From: Lytechinus pictus
Lineage: Eukaryota
NCBI RefSeq assembly: GCF_037042905.1
Contig: NC_087245.1
Location: forward strand, 29,700,001-29,764,000
Length of the DNA stretch: 64,000 nucleotides
Direction of reading: 5' to 3'
Shown: positions 37,592-50,159 of the stretch, one piece after another
Position numbering within the stretch: the stretch's first letter is position 1
Layout: each line of letters opens with the position of its first letter
Notes under the pieces: model-generated
The model's input: the letters and a program-made list of their open reading frames with translations, nothing else
Told to the model about the DNA's origin: nothing
Databases searched by the model: none
Translations under genes and position numbers: made by a program

Positions 37592-40500
37592 AGCCTCTCA
37601 TTAGTTTTGAGAAATTCCCAAACATGTTACTTTTTAAAGTAAAAACTGGAATGTGTGTAATAAAACAATTTGAAGGGGATGGTGTATTTTCCCTTTAAAA
37701 ATCACAAATCTATTCTGCACTGTGTCAGTCTACTTCAGGGACCCTGATATGGCTCTCAGAATTTGACACTAATGATCAATAGACTATACTAGGCATAATC
37801 TATACCAATCAAGAATGAAACTGGGAACCACTTGGCAAATCCAGATCTTAATTTGATCTTGAATAGTTCAACTGAGAAACAGTTTATGTAAATGTCATAT
37901 AAATAGCTATAAACTCAACAAATGAATCATTTATATGGGCATGTTGCAGACATGCAGAAAACATATTGGACCTTGATAAAGTTATTATACTACTTATTGA
38001 TTCTACATGTACTGTAGTTCACTCTTGTTTACTTTTAAGAAACCACTTTTATAAGTCTACGTACATGTACAATCATGTCATTAAAGAAATAGTGTGTATA
38101 TTGTGGTATTTATTAGGAAATATTGATATTCTATGAAATTCTAAATTGTGATTGCATGCAAAATGAATGCTATGTGAAAATAGACCCTACAAGGTAAAAT
38201 ATAGGTTAGGCCAACAATTTCATTTTTTTTGCCAACCTCCACTCTTAAAACAAATCAGTCAAATTAACTAGATCAGAAGTCAGCTGGGGGCAACTGATAT
38301 GTCTAGTCACATTTCTAATGTACATTCTAGTCAGAAAGAACCCTGTTTTTCATTTTCTTCATTTTGATCCACCTCTCTTCATTGCATTTAGAAGTTAAAA
38401 TCATTCATTATTTTTTCATGGGAACTTATATTTACAAGCTACTGTAGTACTGGTATACTTATTAATATATTCATCAAAGTTCATGTTATTGCATTTCTTT
38501 TGTCAAACAGTGAATTCTTGTCATTTAGTTTTAATATGTTAAAGATGAATAATATATATTTTGTAGAATGTGAAACAATAAAACCGGACAAAAAATCTCC
38601 CGATGATATAGTCTTTGAATCACAAAATGTCTTCTGGTATAACATTTTCCTTCATTTATTTGTTTCTCCTTCCTCTTTATTTAACTTGACCTTGTTCTAT
38701 TAATGATGTAATGTTCTTAATGTTCTCTTTGTGTCTTTAATGTGACTCATGTCAAAGCAGGGTGTGAATAGCTAAGCTTTTCATGCTCTAATAAAATGTG
38801 ATATGACTGCAAATCACGTTTCATCTGTTGTGTAAATAGACCAAATCAAAAAACCTGTTGGATCAACTCTGTTTTTTTACCTTTATTTGGCAATTGGCCC
38901 AGGAAGATGACAAGGTATTTGATCAACTCAAAATGGCAGGTACTATTGTTGCACCTGTTGCCATAGTGATGAGTGTAACTCAAGAAGAACTGTGCATCAT
39001 GAGTTTTCATTTTCTACTTCTTATTTGGAAATGAAGGTTAGAATTTTGTTGCTGATTACTGTACATACATTCAAAATCAATTTTTAACAGGAAAAGCAAT
39101 TCCAGCAAAACCTTCAAGGCTTCTACATGAAATACAAATCAAAATGTTTATTTCAATTTGCTTGCAAATTGAACACCAAAGCTTTATACTCTGCACTACT
39201 TAGCAACACCTTTTTAATGATTAGTTCTGGTATAAGATTCGTGATGGTACATTTAGGCCTAATTATTATCACAGCAACCAAAAAATTATGGTCTTCTGCA
39301 ACAATAATTACAGTATGAAACATCACAGCAATAAATACCAATATGATTATTTTTTCCCCAACAAATATTTTATTTACTTATTATATTTAGAATGAAGTTG
39401 GTGTATCCTAAATTCCACCATGTACCTCTCACACTGCGCGATGAAATGATAATAATTATGGCACTCATGCCGTTTTTATGAAAACAATAATTTTGATCGA
39501 TTGAATTCAACTAGGTATTCTATTTTCCTTTCAAGAAATATATTTAGGTGCATCTTCCCAAAATGTTTTTTCATCCCATCCTTAACAACTCTTGCCCAGT
39601 CTAGCAAGAGGATCAATTACAATAGCCAACCAGTTATCACTATACATCCATTGTCCCCCGCCCCTTTCTATTGTTTGAAGGGGTGCACCAGCAACCCCCT
39701 TAGTAGTACCACCAACAATTACCCCCCTCACAAGCACCAGACTATAAAAGAAACCCAATACCAATCAGCATTCTTCTTCTTCTTTTGTGCCATCTACCCC
39801 TTTCTCTTCCTTCAATTGTACCTTCTTTCATCATTTGACTTCCCACTTGTTAACAGTAGAGTAATTTTCAAAAGACATATTGACATCTCTGCTGATTGTG
39901 TTGTGTTCCCCACCAAAGGTTTGTTTAAATATTAGCAACAGGGAGATGCGACGTGTAATTTTCATATTGATTATTTCTTGGGTGTTGTTGCTATAGATAC
40001 ACTGGCCAGTGCAAGAGATTCAGTGAATAAAAAATATCTTTAAAAATGACTCCACCTTAAAGCTTTAGTATCATTTTCTTTAACAGAATAATACATATTC
40101 ATTTTTATTTTTACATTTTATGTCATTTTTCTTGAATTTGTTAATGTCATCAAGCAACTGTACTGAAAAGTTAGAAATAAGAATTCCAAAGTGATTTTTG
40201 GTGTGATGTCAATTTCATTTTCTAAATTTGTTCATGAAATTATATCTGCCCTTCAGTGTTTAATAAAATAGGAATAATTGTATCCAATTTATTTTGAGTG
40301 TAATTTAGATGTGTGTAATTGCCATCAAATGATTCCATTTTTCCCCCACGAATAAATCATGACTTGTGAAATGGATAGTGTAAATGATGCATTCTCTAAC
40401 CTAGATATTCTTTAACACTCTATTGTTAAATGTCATCTACATAAACACTGGTACATTCGAACAATGGCTACAGCAAGTAGCAACCAAATTGTTATCCTTT

Positions 40501-41572
40501 CACTGGAGCAAAGGAGAGGACAGGCTGTGCAATTGTGGAATAAATACATAATTGATGTAATTTGACAATTTCAAATTCTATGCATGTGCTCTACTAGAGT
40601 TACATGTATAAATAATTTTTGGAAAACATACATTTCAATGCAGACCTCCAAACATTTCTGATTGAACAATAAGGAAGATTTTGCTTGTAAAGTTAGTAAA
40701 AAAATGTTTTTGTATAAATGTGCATAGTAATTTGTTTTGTTTTTTAATAGGAAAGTCTTATCTTTAGAAACAATAGCTCATAATTATAAAAGTTCAGATT
40801 CCTTACGGTAAGTTCAGAAAGGTTGTGAAACTTTTGATGTCTACATGTAAATGCAATGAAAAAGAATTTGAGTTTCTGAAAAGCCTATATGTGCTTTTGA
40901 AAAAAAGCACATTCATTATTACATATTCATTCAAGGATTATAAATGATGACATTAATATGTCAATGAAACATGCATATTTGTGAGCTAGACTAAATACTG
41001 GTCATGATGTACAAAAAAGATCTCTCTACATACATGAATTCATAAAATTGACTTTTCTATTTTCATGGGTATTATGAAAGACCCCATGGAGAGCAGAACA
41101 TGAAGTTGATTCGTAATACAGTATTCATGACTGTGGCATGCATCAACATAAATATTGTCAAGAATTATGAATGACATACATGTAGTGGTACATGTAGTAT
41201 TGAAATGATGCCTTTATTCATCAGTCTCCAGACTGTTTTAATGAGGAATAAACCGAAATTAATCTGAATGGTAGTATTTCACTAATCATATCATATATTT
41301 CAGACATACAATCAGAGATGCCACCCTTCTTCAACAAAAAATTTTCTTAGAAGGAAAAAAATATATTTTAAGGGATTAAAAAAAAATTCCCTCACTGTAA
41401 TGATTGCCAGTCTATCGATGTCAGATGGCCCATCAAAAAGATGTGGTACAGTCACTGTATTTGGTCACTGTAAAGGATTGTGCAGGTCTTGAACGAAGCA
41501 TACATTTGCAGGTGCTGCTGCTTCATCTAAGAAAAGAAGGTCATGCATAAACTACGGCACATGATCAGAAAT

Positions 41573-42163
41573 TTATAGGACAACTCCATCCTAACAAAAA
41601 GTTGATTTTAATAAAAAGAGAAAAATCAAACAATCAAAACACTGAAAATTTCATCAAAATCGGATGTAAACTAAGAAAGTTATTACATTTTAAAGTTTCA
41701 CTTAATTTCACAAAATAGTATCCTGGTTGGTATGCAAATGGAGAGACTGATGACGTCATCCACTCACTATTTCTTTTGTATTTTATTATATGAAATATTC
41801 TTTTTTTTCTCCTCAGTGTCAAGTGAAACAACAATTAATTCCTCCCTGAGCATGTGGAATTACCATTGTTTAATACTACATGGTTCAGTCAAGTTGGCCT
41901 ATTTCTCAGATCTGTAAAAAAGGAAATAACGTATAATTCAAACAATAAAAAACAAAACAAATATTGAGTGACGGACATCATTGTCTCATTTGCATGTCAC
42001 TGAGTTGTGCATATCACTGTTTTGTGAAAAATAAGCGAAACATTGAAATGTCAAAACTTTCTTATTTTACATCCGATTTTAATGAAATTTTCAGCATTAT
42101 GCCAGTTTGATTTTTCTTTATTTATCAAAATCCACATTTTTCTGGGGTGGACTTGACCTTTAA
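41573..42163 (+). mobile_element. Family A MITE (Kolobok/T2-like)
   Basis: ttat|aggacaactccatcc ... ggggtggacttgacct|ttaa. Confidence 0.9.
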
Positions 42164-42339
42164 ACAGAAAAGCTATTAATCTGGTAAGATGAGAGGTGAT
42201 GACTTTTTACCTGATTGCTAAGACAGTATGAATGCTCGTAAACAAGCAACCAGATGACTGAAGGTATAAAGTCCTCTCCAAGGGGCCTGGTAATGGGAAT
42301 ACACACCTTTAATACCAAAGGGCACTGGAACACTCGTTA

Positions 42340-42812
42340 GGTGGTTTCAGACCGCCTCCAAGTTCGTCAGTTCCAGGTATTCTCTGATCGGGAAATTTAC
42401 CCCGATCAGAAAATACCAGGTATTTTGGTAATGTGAAAGCAAACTACGCATAATTTCCCCGAAAGAAAATACCCGCTAAATAGTAGGTACTTGGCGAAAT
42501 TACGAGAACTTTCGCGGGGATTTTTCCAAGGTCGCAGGTATTTTGGCGATGTGAAAGCAAATTACGGGAACTTTTAGCCCAGCGTGTCGTTGGGTGCGGC
42601 GCCGTGGGTGGCTGCTGGGCTAGTAGTTTTGAATCTCGCGCCTTGCCTGCTTATTAGACCATACTGCGCATGCTCCTAACTTCAGGAATTTATCCAGAAG
42701 TGTATGTTTCGGGGCGGTCTGAATGCAGGAATAATTAATGGGTATTTTTTAGCCTAAAAATGTTCTCGTAATTTAAAGGGGATTCTTGTGATCGAGGCGG
42801 TTTGAAACCACC
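42340..42812 (-). mobile_element. Family C MITE, inverted copy of 14612-15087
   Basis: Reverse complement matches the 14.6-kb copy along its length. Confidence 0.85.
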
Positions 42813-44941
42813 TATTGGGAACTGAATCCGAAACCCCCTCCCTATATACCCACTGAGCTTTAACACATCCTTTGGCATTATAGCTCAGTCAGCAGTGGGG
42901 CTAAAGCCTTTTTTTTGACCCCTTATCGCAGGAACCTACATGTACAAAGTAATCACTGCCAATCAGAGCATCAAAGGAACATTTATGATAAATATCTGAT
43001 TGCCAAGTACACACAGACACTTGTGTATAATTATACTACTAGAAATGTTTCATTAATGATTAATGACACTTGATTTTCAATACATATATGTACAAGGCAC
43101 TTATCAAACTAAGAACAATGACTTAATAACACCTTCATATTATCATTAATTCATAAGCTTTTCACACCAATGATAACATTCTGCAGTATCATTCAAGAGT
43201 GAGCAGAAACTTCCTTGAGGTACCACAGAGTTACTTTTTTCTAATTAAAAAATCATGAAAAGATAGTAAACTTAAAAAATTATCTTGCTTCATCACGCAT
43301 CAATGAAAGTAAAATAGTGCATTAGGGAAAACGCTCAAAATATTTTTCATAGACCAGCTGCCATATCTCCCGGTTACTTCCTTTCCTTTTTCTATATTCA
43401 TTGAAATTCACCCACAAGCCTAAATTTTTTTGGTTTTATTTCAATTCTATTTCACAGAGCAGCATAAAACTCTTATAATTGTGGGCCTACATGATGCCTA
43501 TTAAGGATATTTGCCTCATATCAAAAGTTCTTTCAATTTGCTTTATAGGCTGCAAATATCTCCATTAGCTCAGGGAAACCCAAATTAAAGTTTTTTATCA
43601 AAAGCTAAATGTAAGTTTGAGTATATAAATCTAATTTTGATAGGAGTGGTTGGAATCAATCCTTCAGTTTATCACAAGCCAGAATGCTTCAATTAGAACA
43701 ACAAAGTTAGAATAATTTAGGCTTGCTTGATATTGTATTGATTTAATTTCCAATTTTCCATGCTTTTCCTGATGTAGTAAACACAAGAAACAACATGTGA
43801 GACCACACTATAAATGGCAACACTTTTTCAGTAATTTTTCTGATCTTCATTTGCTCATTACTCTGTAATTATAAATTTTCTAGAAGAATCATTTGACAGA
43901 TATTATTCATATATAGTTTTTGTAATTCTGTGTAAGTTTTGTTCAATTCTGTAAACATTTCATTTTCTATTGTTTATTTTTAAAGCCTTTTTGCATTTTT
44001 TTCCTTTATTGCAAACTTTCCACATACATGTATGGATGGGCTCCAGTTTAATGCATATAACTGTTTCACTGAAATAAAGCAGTTTATCAATGACAACAGT
44101 TAACAAAACTCCTTAATTTTTCATCTGATTTTGATAAAATAATATTATAGTATGAATGATTTAATATTTCATTTTTCCCCAGATTTAACAATAAGGAAAC
44201 TCTTCATTGAATTCCAATGGGTTAAAGTATGACAATCCACATACATGTCTATACAGAGACAAATCAAACTTTTTTTACATTACAATGAGGAAAAATAAAG
44301 AAGTCTAATAATTCTTTTTATGAAATATAAAAAAGAGTGAATGTGTGACATCGTCGCTTCCATTTGCATTCTGACCGGGATGCACTTAAAGTCTTTAAGT
44401 GAAATTAAGCCAAACTCTAAAATGTCACAACTTCTTATTTTACATCCAATTTTAATGTTTTCACCAAAATGCTAGTTTTAACCTTATTATTTGATCTGTT
44501 TAAAACAATTTTCTCCTTTTATTCCAATAAAGATTTAACAGTAGAAATTATTCTCATATCTTTATGACAACAGAAAAAAGGGTTCTTAGAGGGTTATAAA
44601 CTTGAAACATTTAAAGGTTCTCAAAAGCTTCTAAAATTAACTTAAACAGCCACTTTGGAACCTTTTAAGGTTCTTTATAAAATTATAAGGTTCTTGAGCA
44701 TTAAGAACCTTTCTGGGAACCCTTTTTCTTGAGGGTTCTAAATAAGGGACAAAAGGGTTTCAATTCACAACAGTGTTAAAGGCATAAAATTGTATCACTG
44801 GACATTCAATTTATAAAATCTTTTGCAAGCAATTATCGAGTGTATGATTATCAAATAATGAAATAAAATGAATGATTGAAACGACACCACTGGAAAGATG
44901 TTAACACCCATGATACAAGGAATATGTCAACATATTTGATA

Positions 44942-45107
44942 CACTGTAAAAAATGAAGTGCTAATTTAGCACTTACAGTGCTTGTATAGTGACTGCACTA
45001 CGAGTGCTGATTTTTTAGTTCAAATTTAAACTAAAAAATCAGCACTCGTAGTGCAGTCACTATACAAGCACTGTAAGTGCTGAATTAGCACTTTATTTTT
45101 TACAGTG
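44942..45107. mobile_element. Near-perfect palindromic CACTG (EnSpm-like) MITE, family H1, 2-bp TSD TA
   Basis: 166-bp fold-back cactgtaaaaaatgaagtgctaa...ttagcactttattttttacagtg; second copy at 62117. Confidence 0.9.
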
Positions 45108-45120
45108 TAGGATATCTTAC

Positions 45121-45206
45121 TTGGTCCTAAGGATGGTGAAAAGGAGGCGGCTTTGATTCTCAACTGGATCATCCTCATGGTTCAGATTTGACTGCTTTCC
45201 AGACAT
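45121..45206 (-). CDS. Putative alternative start-codon exon (exon 45121-45327): MSGKQSNLNHEDDPVENQSRLLFTILRT, ends phase 2
   Basis: Acceptor ttgcactatttcag at 45328; donor CAA|GTAAGA at 45120; ATG context CAAACAATG; phase fits exon 29448-29532. Confidence 0.5.
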
Positions 45207-45465
45207 TGTTTGATTAAAATCTGTCTGAACTGACCACTTCTCATCCTTGTGATACACACTGTTTTATACAAGTTTCACATTGTGATCAGTAACAGCCTCC
45301 TGCCTGACTTTGGATGTCAACTACGAACTGAAATAGTGCAAATTCCTCTGTTCCAAATGATCCATCTTTTAAATCTTTTATGTGCAAGAACTAATCCAAT
45401 ATCATGAAATATACAAGTAACAGCCAAACCATTACATCATATTGTCAATGGTCCAGTAAAAAAAA

Positions 45466-46636
45466 CAAGTGGAATGCCTCTGGCGGTCTCACCTGCATCA
45501 CACGATTCAATATAGTAGCAGTGCTGACTTTGAAAACTACTATGATATAATTATTCACAAAAAACACCATTCATATAATGATACAATACTACGTTCATTG
45601 ATATTTGACCTTGATCATGTGACCTAAAACTTGTCAGTGATACTTGATTACCCCTATTTCCACATTTTATACATTATATCTATAAACTTTGAAAGTTATG
45701 ACAGCAATCTAATGATTATCTCTAAAATGACCTAAGTTCAATGAACTTAAATGACCTTTGACATTGGTCATGTGACCTAAAACTTTGACGGGATCTTGAT
45801 TACTCTTATGTCCAAGTTTCATGAATCAGATCCATAAACTTTCAAAGTTATGATGGTAATTCAACAAATACCCCCTACTTGGCCAAATTTCATTGACCTA
45901 ACATGACCTTTGACCTTGATCATGTGACCTGAAACTCACACAGGATGTTCAGTGACACTTGATTACACATGTACTCTCATGTCCAAGTTTCATGAATCAG
46001 ATCCATAAACTTTCGAAGTTATGATGGTAATTCAACAGATACCCCCATTATGGCGAAAGTTCATTGACCTTTGGCCTTGGTCATGTGACCTGAAATGCGC
46101 ATAGGATGTTCAGTGATATTTTATTATTCTTATGTCCAAGTTTTATGAACTAGACCAATAAAGTTTCAAAGTTATGATGGTAATTCAACAAATACCCCAA
46201 TTTGGCCAAAGTTCATTGACCCTAAATGACCTTTGACCTTGGTCATGTGACGCGAAACTCAGGCAGGATGTTCAGTAATACTTGATCAACCTTATGTCCA
46301 AGTTTTATGAACTAGGTCCATATATTTTCTAAGTTATGATGACATTTCAAAGACTTAACCTTAGGTTAAGATTTTGATGCTGATTCCCCCAACATGGTCT
46401 AAGTTCATTGACCCTAAATGACCTTTGACCTTGGTCGTGTGACCTGAAACTCAGGCAGGATGTTTAGTAATACTTGAGTAACCTTATGAACAAGTGTCAT
46501 GAACTAGGTCCATATACTTTCTAAGTTATGCTGTCATTTCAAAAACTTAACCTTTGGTTAAGATTTGGTGTTGACGCCGACGCCGCCGTCGGAAAAGCGG
46601 CGCCTAGATAGTCTCACTCTGCTATGCAGGTGAGAC
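45466..46636 (-). mobile_element. Helentron-associated non-autonomous element (HINE/DINE-1/pearl/Tsp architecture) with about 6 internal tandem units of about 150-190 bp
   Basis: Sub-terminal IRs gtctcacctgcat and atgcaggtgagac; short terminal hairpin; gcc/gac microsatellite; both ends in A/T runs; no TSD; second copy at 59557. Confidence 0.8.
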
Positions 46637-49600
46637 AAAAAAACCATCAGAGCGATTTCCAACATATTTCCAATCTCCACTTAACATGAACTTAATAGTT
46701 AAGTCTTTCCCATATCATCAGTACTGGTCATGAGACATAAACAATTTAGAAATCTAATATCTCCTGAAAAAGCTTTACTTCTCAAATGTTGAAGAATAAA
46801 ATTAGGGCAATCCAAAAATCTGATGAAATGCTCACGGGGGGCATGTGCAATGTAGAATCAATAATTGCAGAAAGCTCTCGTAAAAAATATGTAGAATCAA
46901 ACGCACGCCATCACAAAGTTTATTTTGAGAAGCCATAGACAAATGCATGAAACTACCATGTAGTTTCCATGTTTGATGCAACCATTGCAACTGAAGCAAT
47001 ACACACTCCGTTGATGAGCTCCCTCTTGCCACTAAACAAATCCTTGTCTAATCACCAGCTCTTGTTAATCATTTAATTAGAGTGAACAACCACCAATCGC
47101 AGAAATAGATGATAAACATGTAAATATATGGTCCAATCCAAGTATTGAGACAACACATATCAGAGATGGGAAGATATCATTTACATTGTAAGCTTTTCCG
47201 CAAACACTTGTTGTGTGATACCTTGAGACTTCAAACAAATTTTAACACTTTTTGTTTATCATCTGATATCCTTGACAATGGAAAAATATGTTCATGCACA
47301 TGACATACATTGTACATGTGTATGTTCTTTGCTTATCAATGATGAGGAATTATCATGGTACTTTAATCCTCATTCAAATTATACGATTGAATGATGTTTG
47401 AAAGCAAAAGCAAGTACTTGCAGTAGCCTGTACATGTAATCATGAATTTTGATTTGTCAAGGAGATTAAAGCCTGTATTTCAGTAGTTTGCTGTGCAAAC
47501 CCTTCACTTTTGGAAAATGGTCTGAACATGCAGCCCCTGGCAGTCCCTGCAGTCCCTGGCAGTGATTTGTGCACAGAAGGTCCCTAGACTTCTTCTTCTT
47601 CTGTCCTGTGGTATTAGCAACCAGTCAAAAAGTGACTATTTTAGAGGATGAAAAGCTTCTTTCCCTTCATCCTTTTTCTTCTATTTTACATTCTTTTTTC
47701 CCCTGCTCATCAGGTTTTTTTTTTCAGTTAATCATTCCTGTTTCTTTGTCTTTTTTTCTTTCTAGAAAGTTGTATTGTATTAGTCTTGTATCAAAACCCA
47801 CTTGTTCATCAAAGCTTCAATCAGAGTCTGTGCATGCAATTATTTCAATGATGGGAGCAAGGTCACTGTTCCCACTCTTTGAGATACGATGGGCTTTTAA
47901 CAGAAAAATAGTAGCTTATCAATTAATTAGAGAATCTCATTACTAAAGCACCTCTAATATGTCAATTAGGCAGCAAGCACAATTCATGTAACTCATCTTT
48001 GTCATTTTGGGGCATGATAATATTTATTTTTCAGAGGCATAATGAGCATTTATACTTGGTTTCCAGAAATCTAACATTAATATGAAAGGAGTATTGTATC
48101 TGGTTCATATGCCTAATAAGTATGCATGACTTTCATTTTCAGAATTCAGGCTCAAGTGAACGATTGTCTACAAAACAAAAATATTGAAGTGAAGTTTCGT
48201 TCATGGGTATTAATTGAACGCTGCCATCCGAAACATAATATAATGGTGTAAATCAAATATGAGTAAACATCAAATCTCATATGAAAATTTAGTGAGTGTA
48301 CATGTACGTTCTTTAGCATTCAAATATCAAATTAAGAACAGAAGTAAAAAGAATCAATGCATCAGTGCGAGTGTAATATGCTTTATGAAGAAAAAAAAAG
48401 AAAGAAAAGAGTTGTTTTCCCCACATTCACTGCCCCCCTATCTAATAACTGTTCTAGTCAATAAATGATTATTTTTATTATTTTATTTCTTTTTTGCTCT
48501 GATGAAAAAGTACAAAGATGCAATCATGGATCCTCAGTGGTAGGGCCCATGCAATATGTACTCACCTGGCAATACAAAAAACACCCCTCCCAATTACATG
48601 GGGGCTCAGGGTAATATTGCCCAAAAAATGCTAAAAAGAGCTTTTGAATTTTGTGTGAAGTCCCAATAAATCCCCACTCAATGCAATTTCAAAGCTTATC
48701 CAACACTGCATCTTGGCAATGTGTGAAAAGTAGCCCTTGAAAAAAAATCTGATTATTAATAACCCTTGAGACAATTACAGATAAGAAAATCTAATTTCTT
48801 TCGCAATTCCAATACATAAAGAATAGTGTAGCATATATCAACAATACATCCATCTATTATTAAAAGCATAATTGTTTGATAATGATAATCTAATCTTCAA
48901 TTGATATTAATGAGCTAATAATTCTGGGTAATTAACCCAATTAATAGGTTGTTCGATTAGCTTATTGATAATTTATCACTTCCTCAAAATACATATTAGC
49001 TTTCAGAATTCTAAAGGTGATAATTAAATGGTACTTGACAACACCAATATATTTACACTGCAATCAATTGATTTCATCAACAAATTAATAAAATTTGATG
49101 CATCTACAGGAAGCTATAAAAAACAAATTAAATTTATCTACAGTATGTGTATAGGAAAATAACATTTGGACCTTGCATAACTTCAGTTTCAAAAAGAAGA
49201 ACCACACAAAAATTTTCCAAAAATTATGTGTGTTTGAATAATATTGCATGCCAAAACTACAAAATCAAGAGTTCTTGTTGAAAATGATTCTACTTTAATA
49301 TGCATTATCCTCTGGGAGCAGCCCTGGACAGATCTTATTTTTCAAAGACTGGCCATCATCTTGTGTATCAACTGTCTCCCATCCACAGAAGCTAATAAGC
49401 ATTATTTCTCAAATCAATCTTTTTTGTTTCATGTTACCTCTAAATCCTAGAACATTTATCTAACAAAAAATAATAATGCCTCAATCTGCTGAGTGACAGG
49501 TACTGTGAGATCAATATTCATAGACAGACTGCTGTACCTGTTCCCCCACATATCTCTATTGTCATGATGAAACATTATTTTCTTCTCAGGCATATTGGGA

Positions 49601-50159
49601 TTAATAAAAAAAAAATGTGCACAAGGACTATTTGGAAGTTGCAAACTCAACCTTTGGAGCTTTGCCACTGATGTCTGTCCATAACAAGAGTTTAAGTTAA
49701 GTGTGTTGTGAAAGTCAGCCAAGGTGGCCAGATGTTGCACTCAATTGATCTCTTAATGAGGTCTGTAGTACATATGTACTTCACATTGACACCAAATTGA
49801 TCTTTGCACCCTCATAATGTGTCAAGTGTCTGCCACCATTTCAAATGGTTCACGCTCCGCTTGATGACACATCCAGTCCCATGACAACACAGTTGTTCAA
49901 CTTGTTCTCCAAGATATGATTTCAATATCAAACTAAAACCCAATAAAACAATTAGCAAACTCTCTGACAAAGTGAGACAAAAGAGTGGCACATTCTCAAA
50001 TCTTACATAAAATCATGGCATCCACAACAAAATTACAACTGACTGAAATTCCCATCAATCCATACCTAGCCAAGATCATTTTTAATATATGCGGCTACTT
50101 TATAAGCAGAATGCACAATGTAGGCATACTTCTTCGACACAAGTGAATTTGTCCATGTG

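Noticed and set aside
39501..39935. 144-aa plus-strand ORF
   Set aside because: Non-ATG start, low-complexity composition and no splice or homology cue.
45590..46560. Regularly spaced repeats resembling a CRISPR array
   Set aside because: The whole unit repeats with no unique spacers, there are no cas genes, and the context is eukaryotic.
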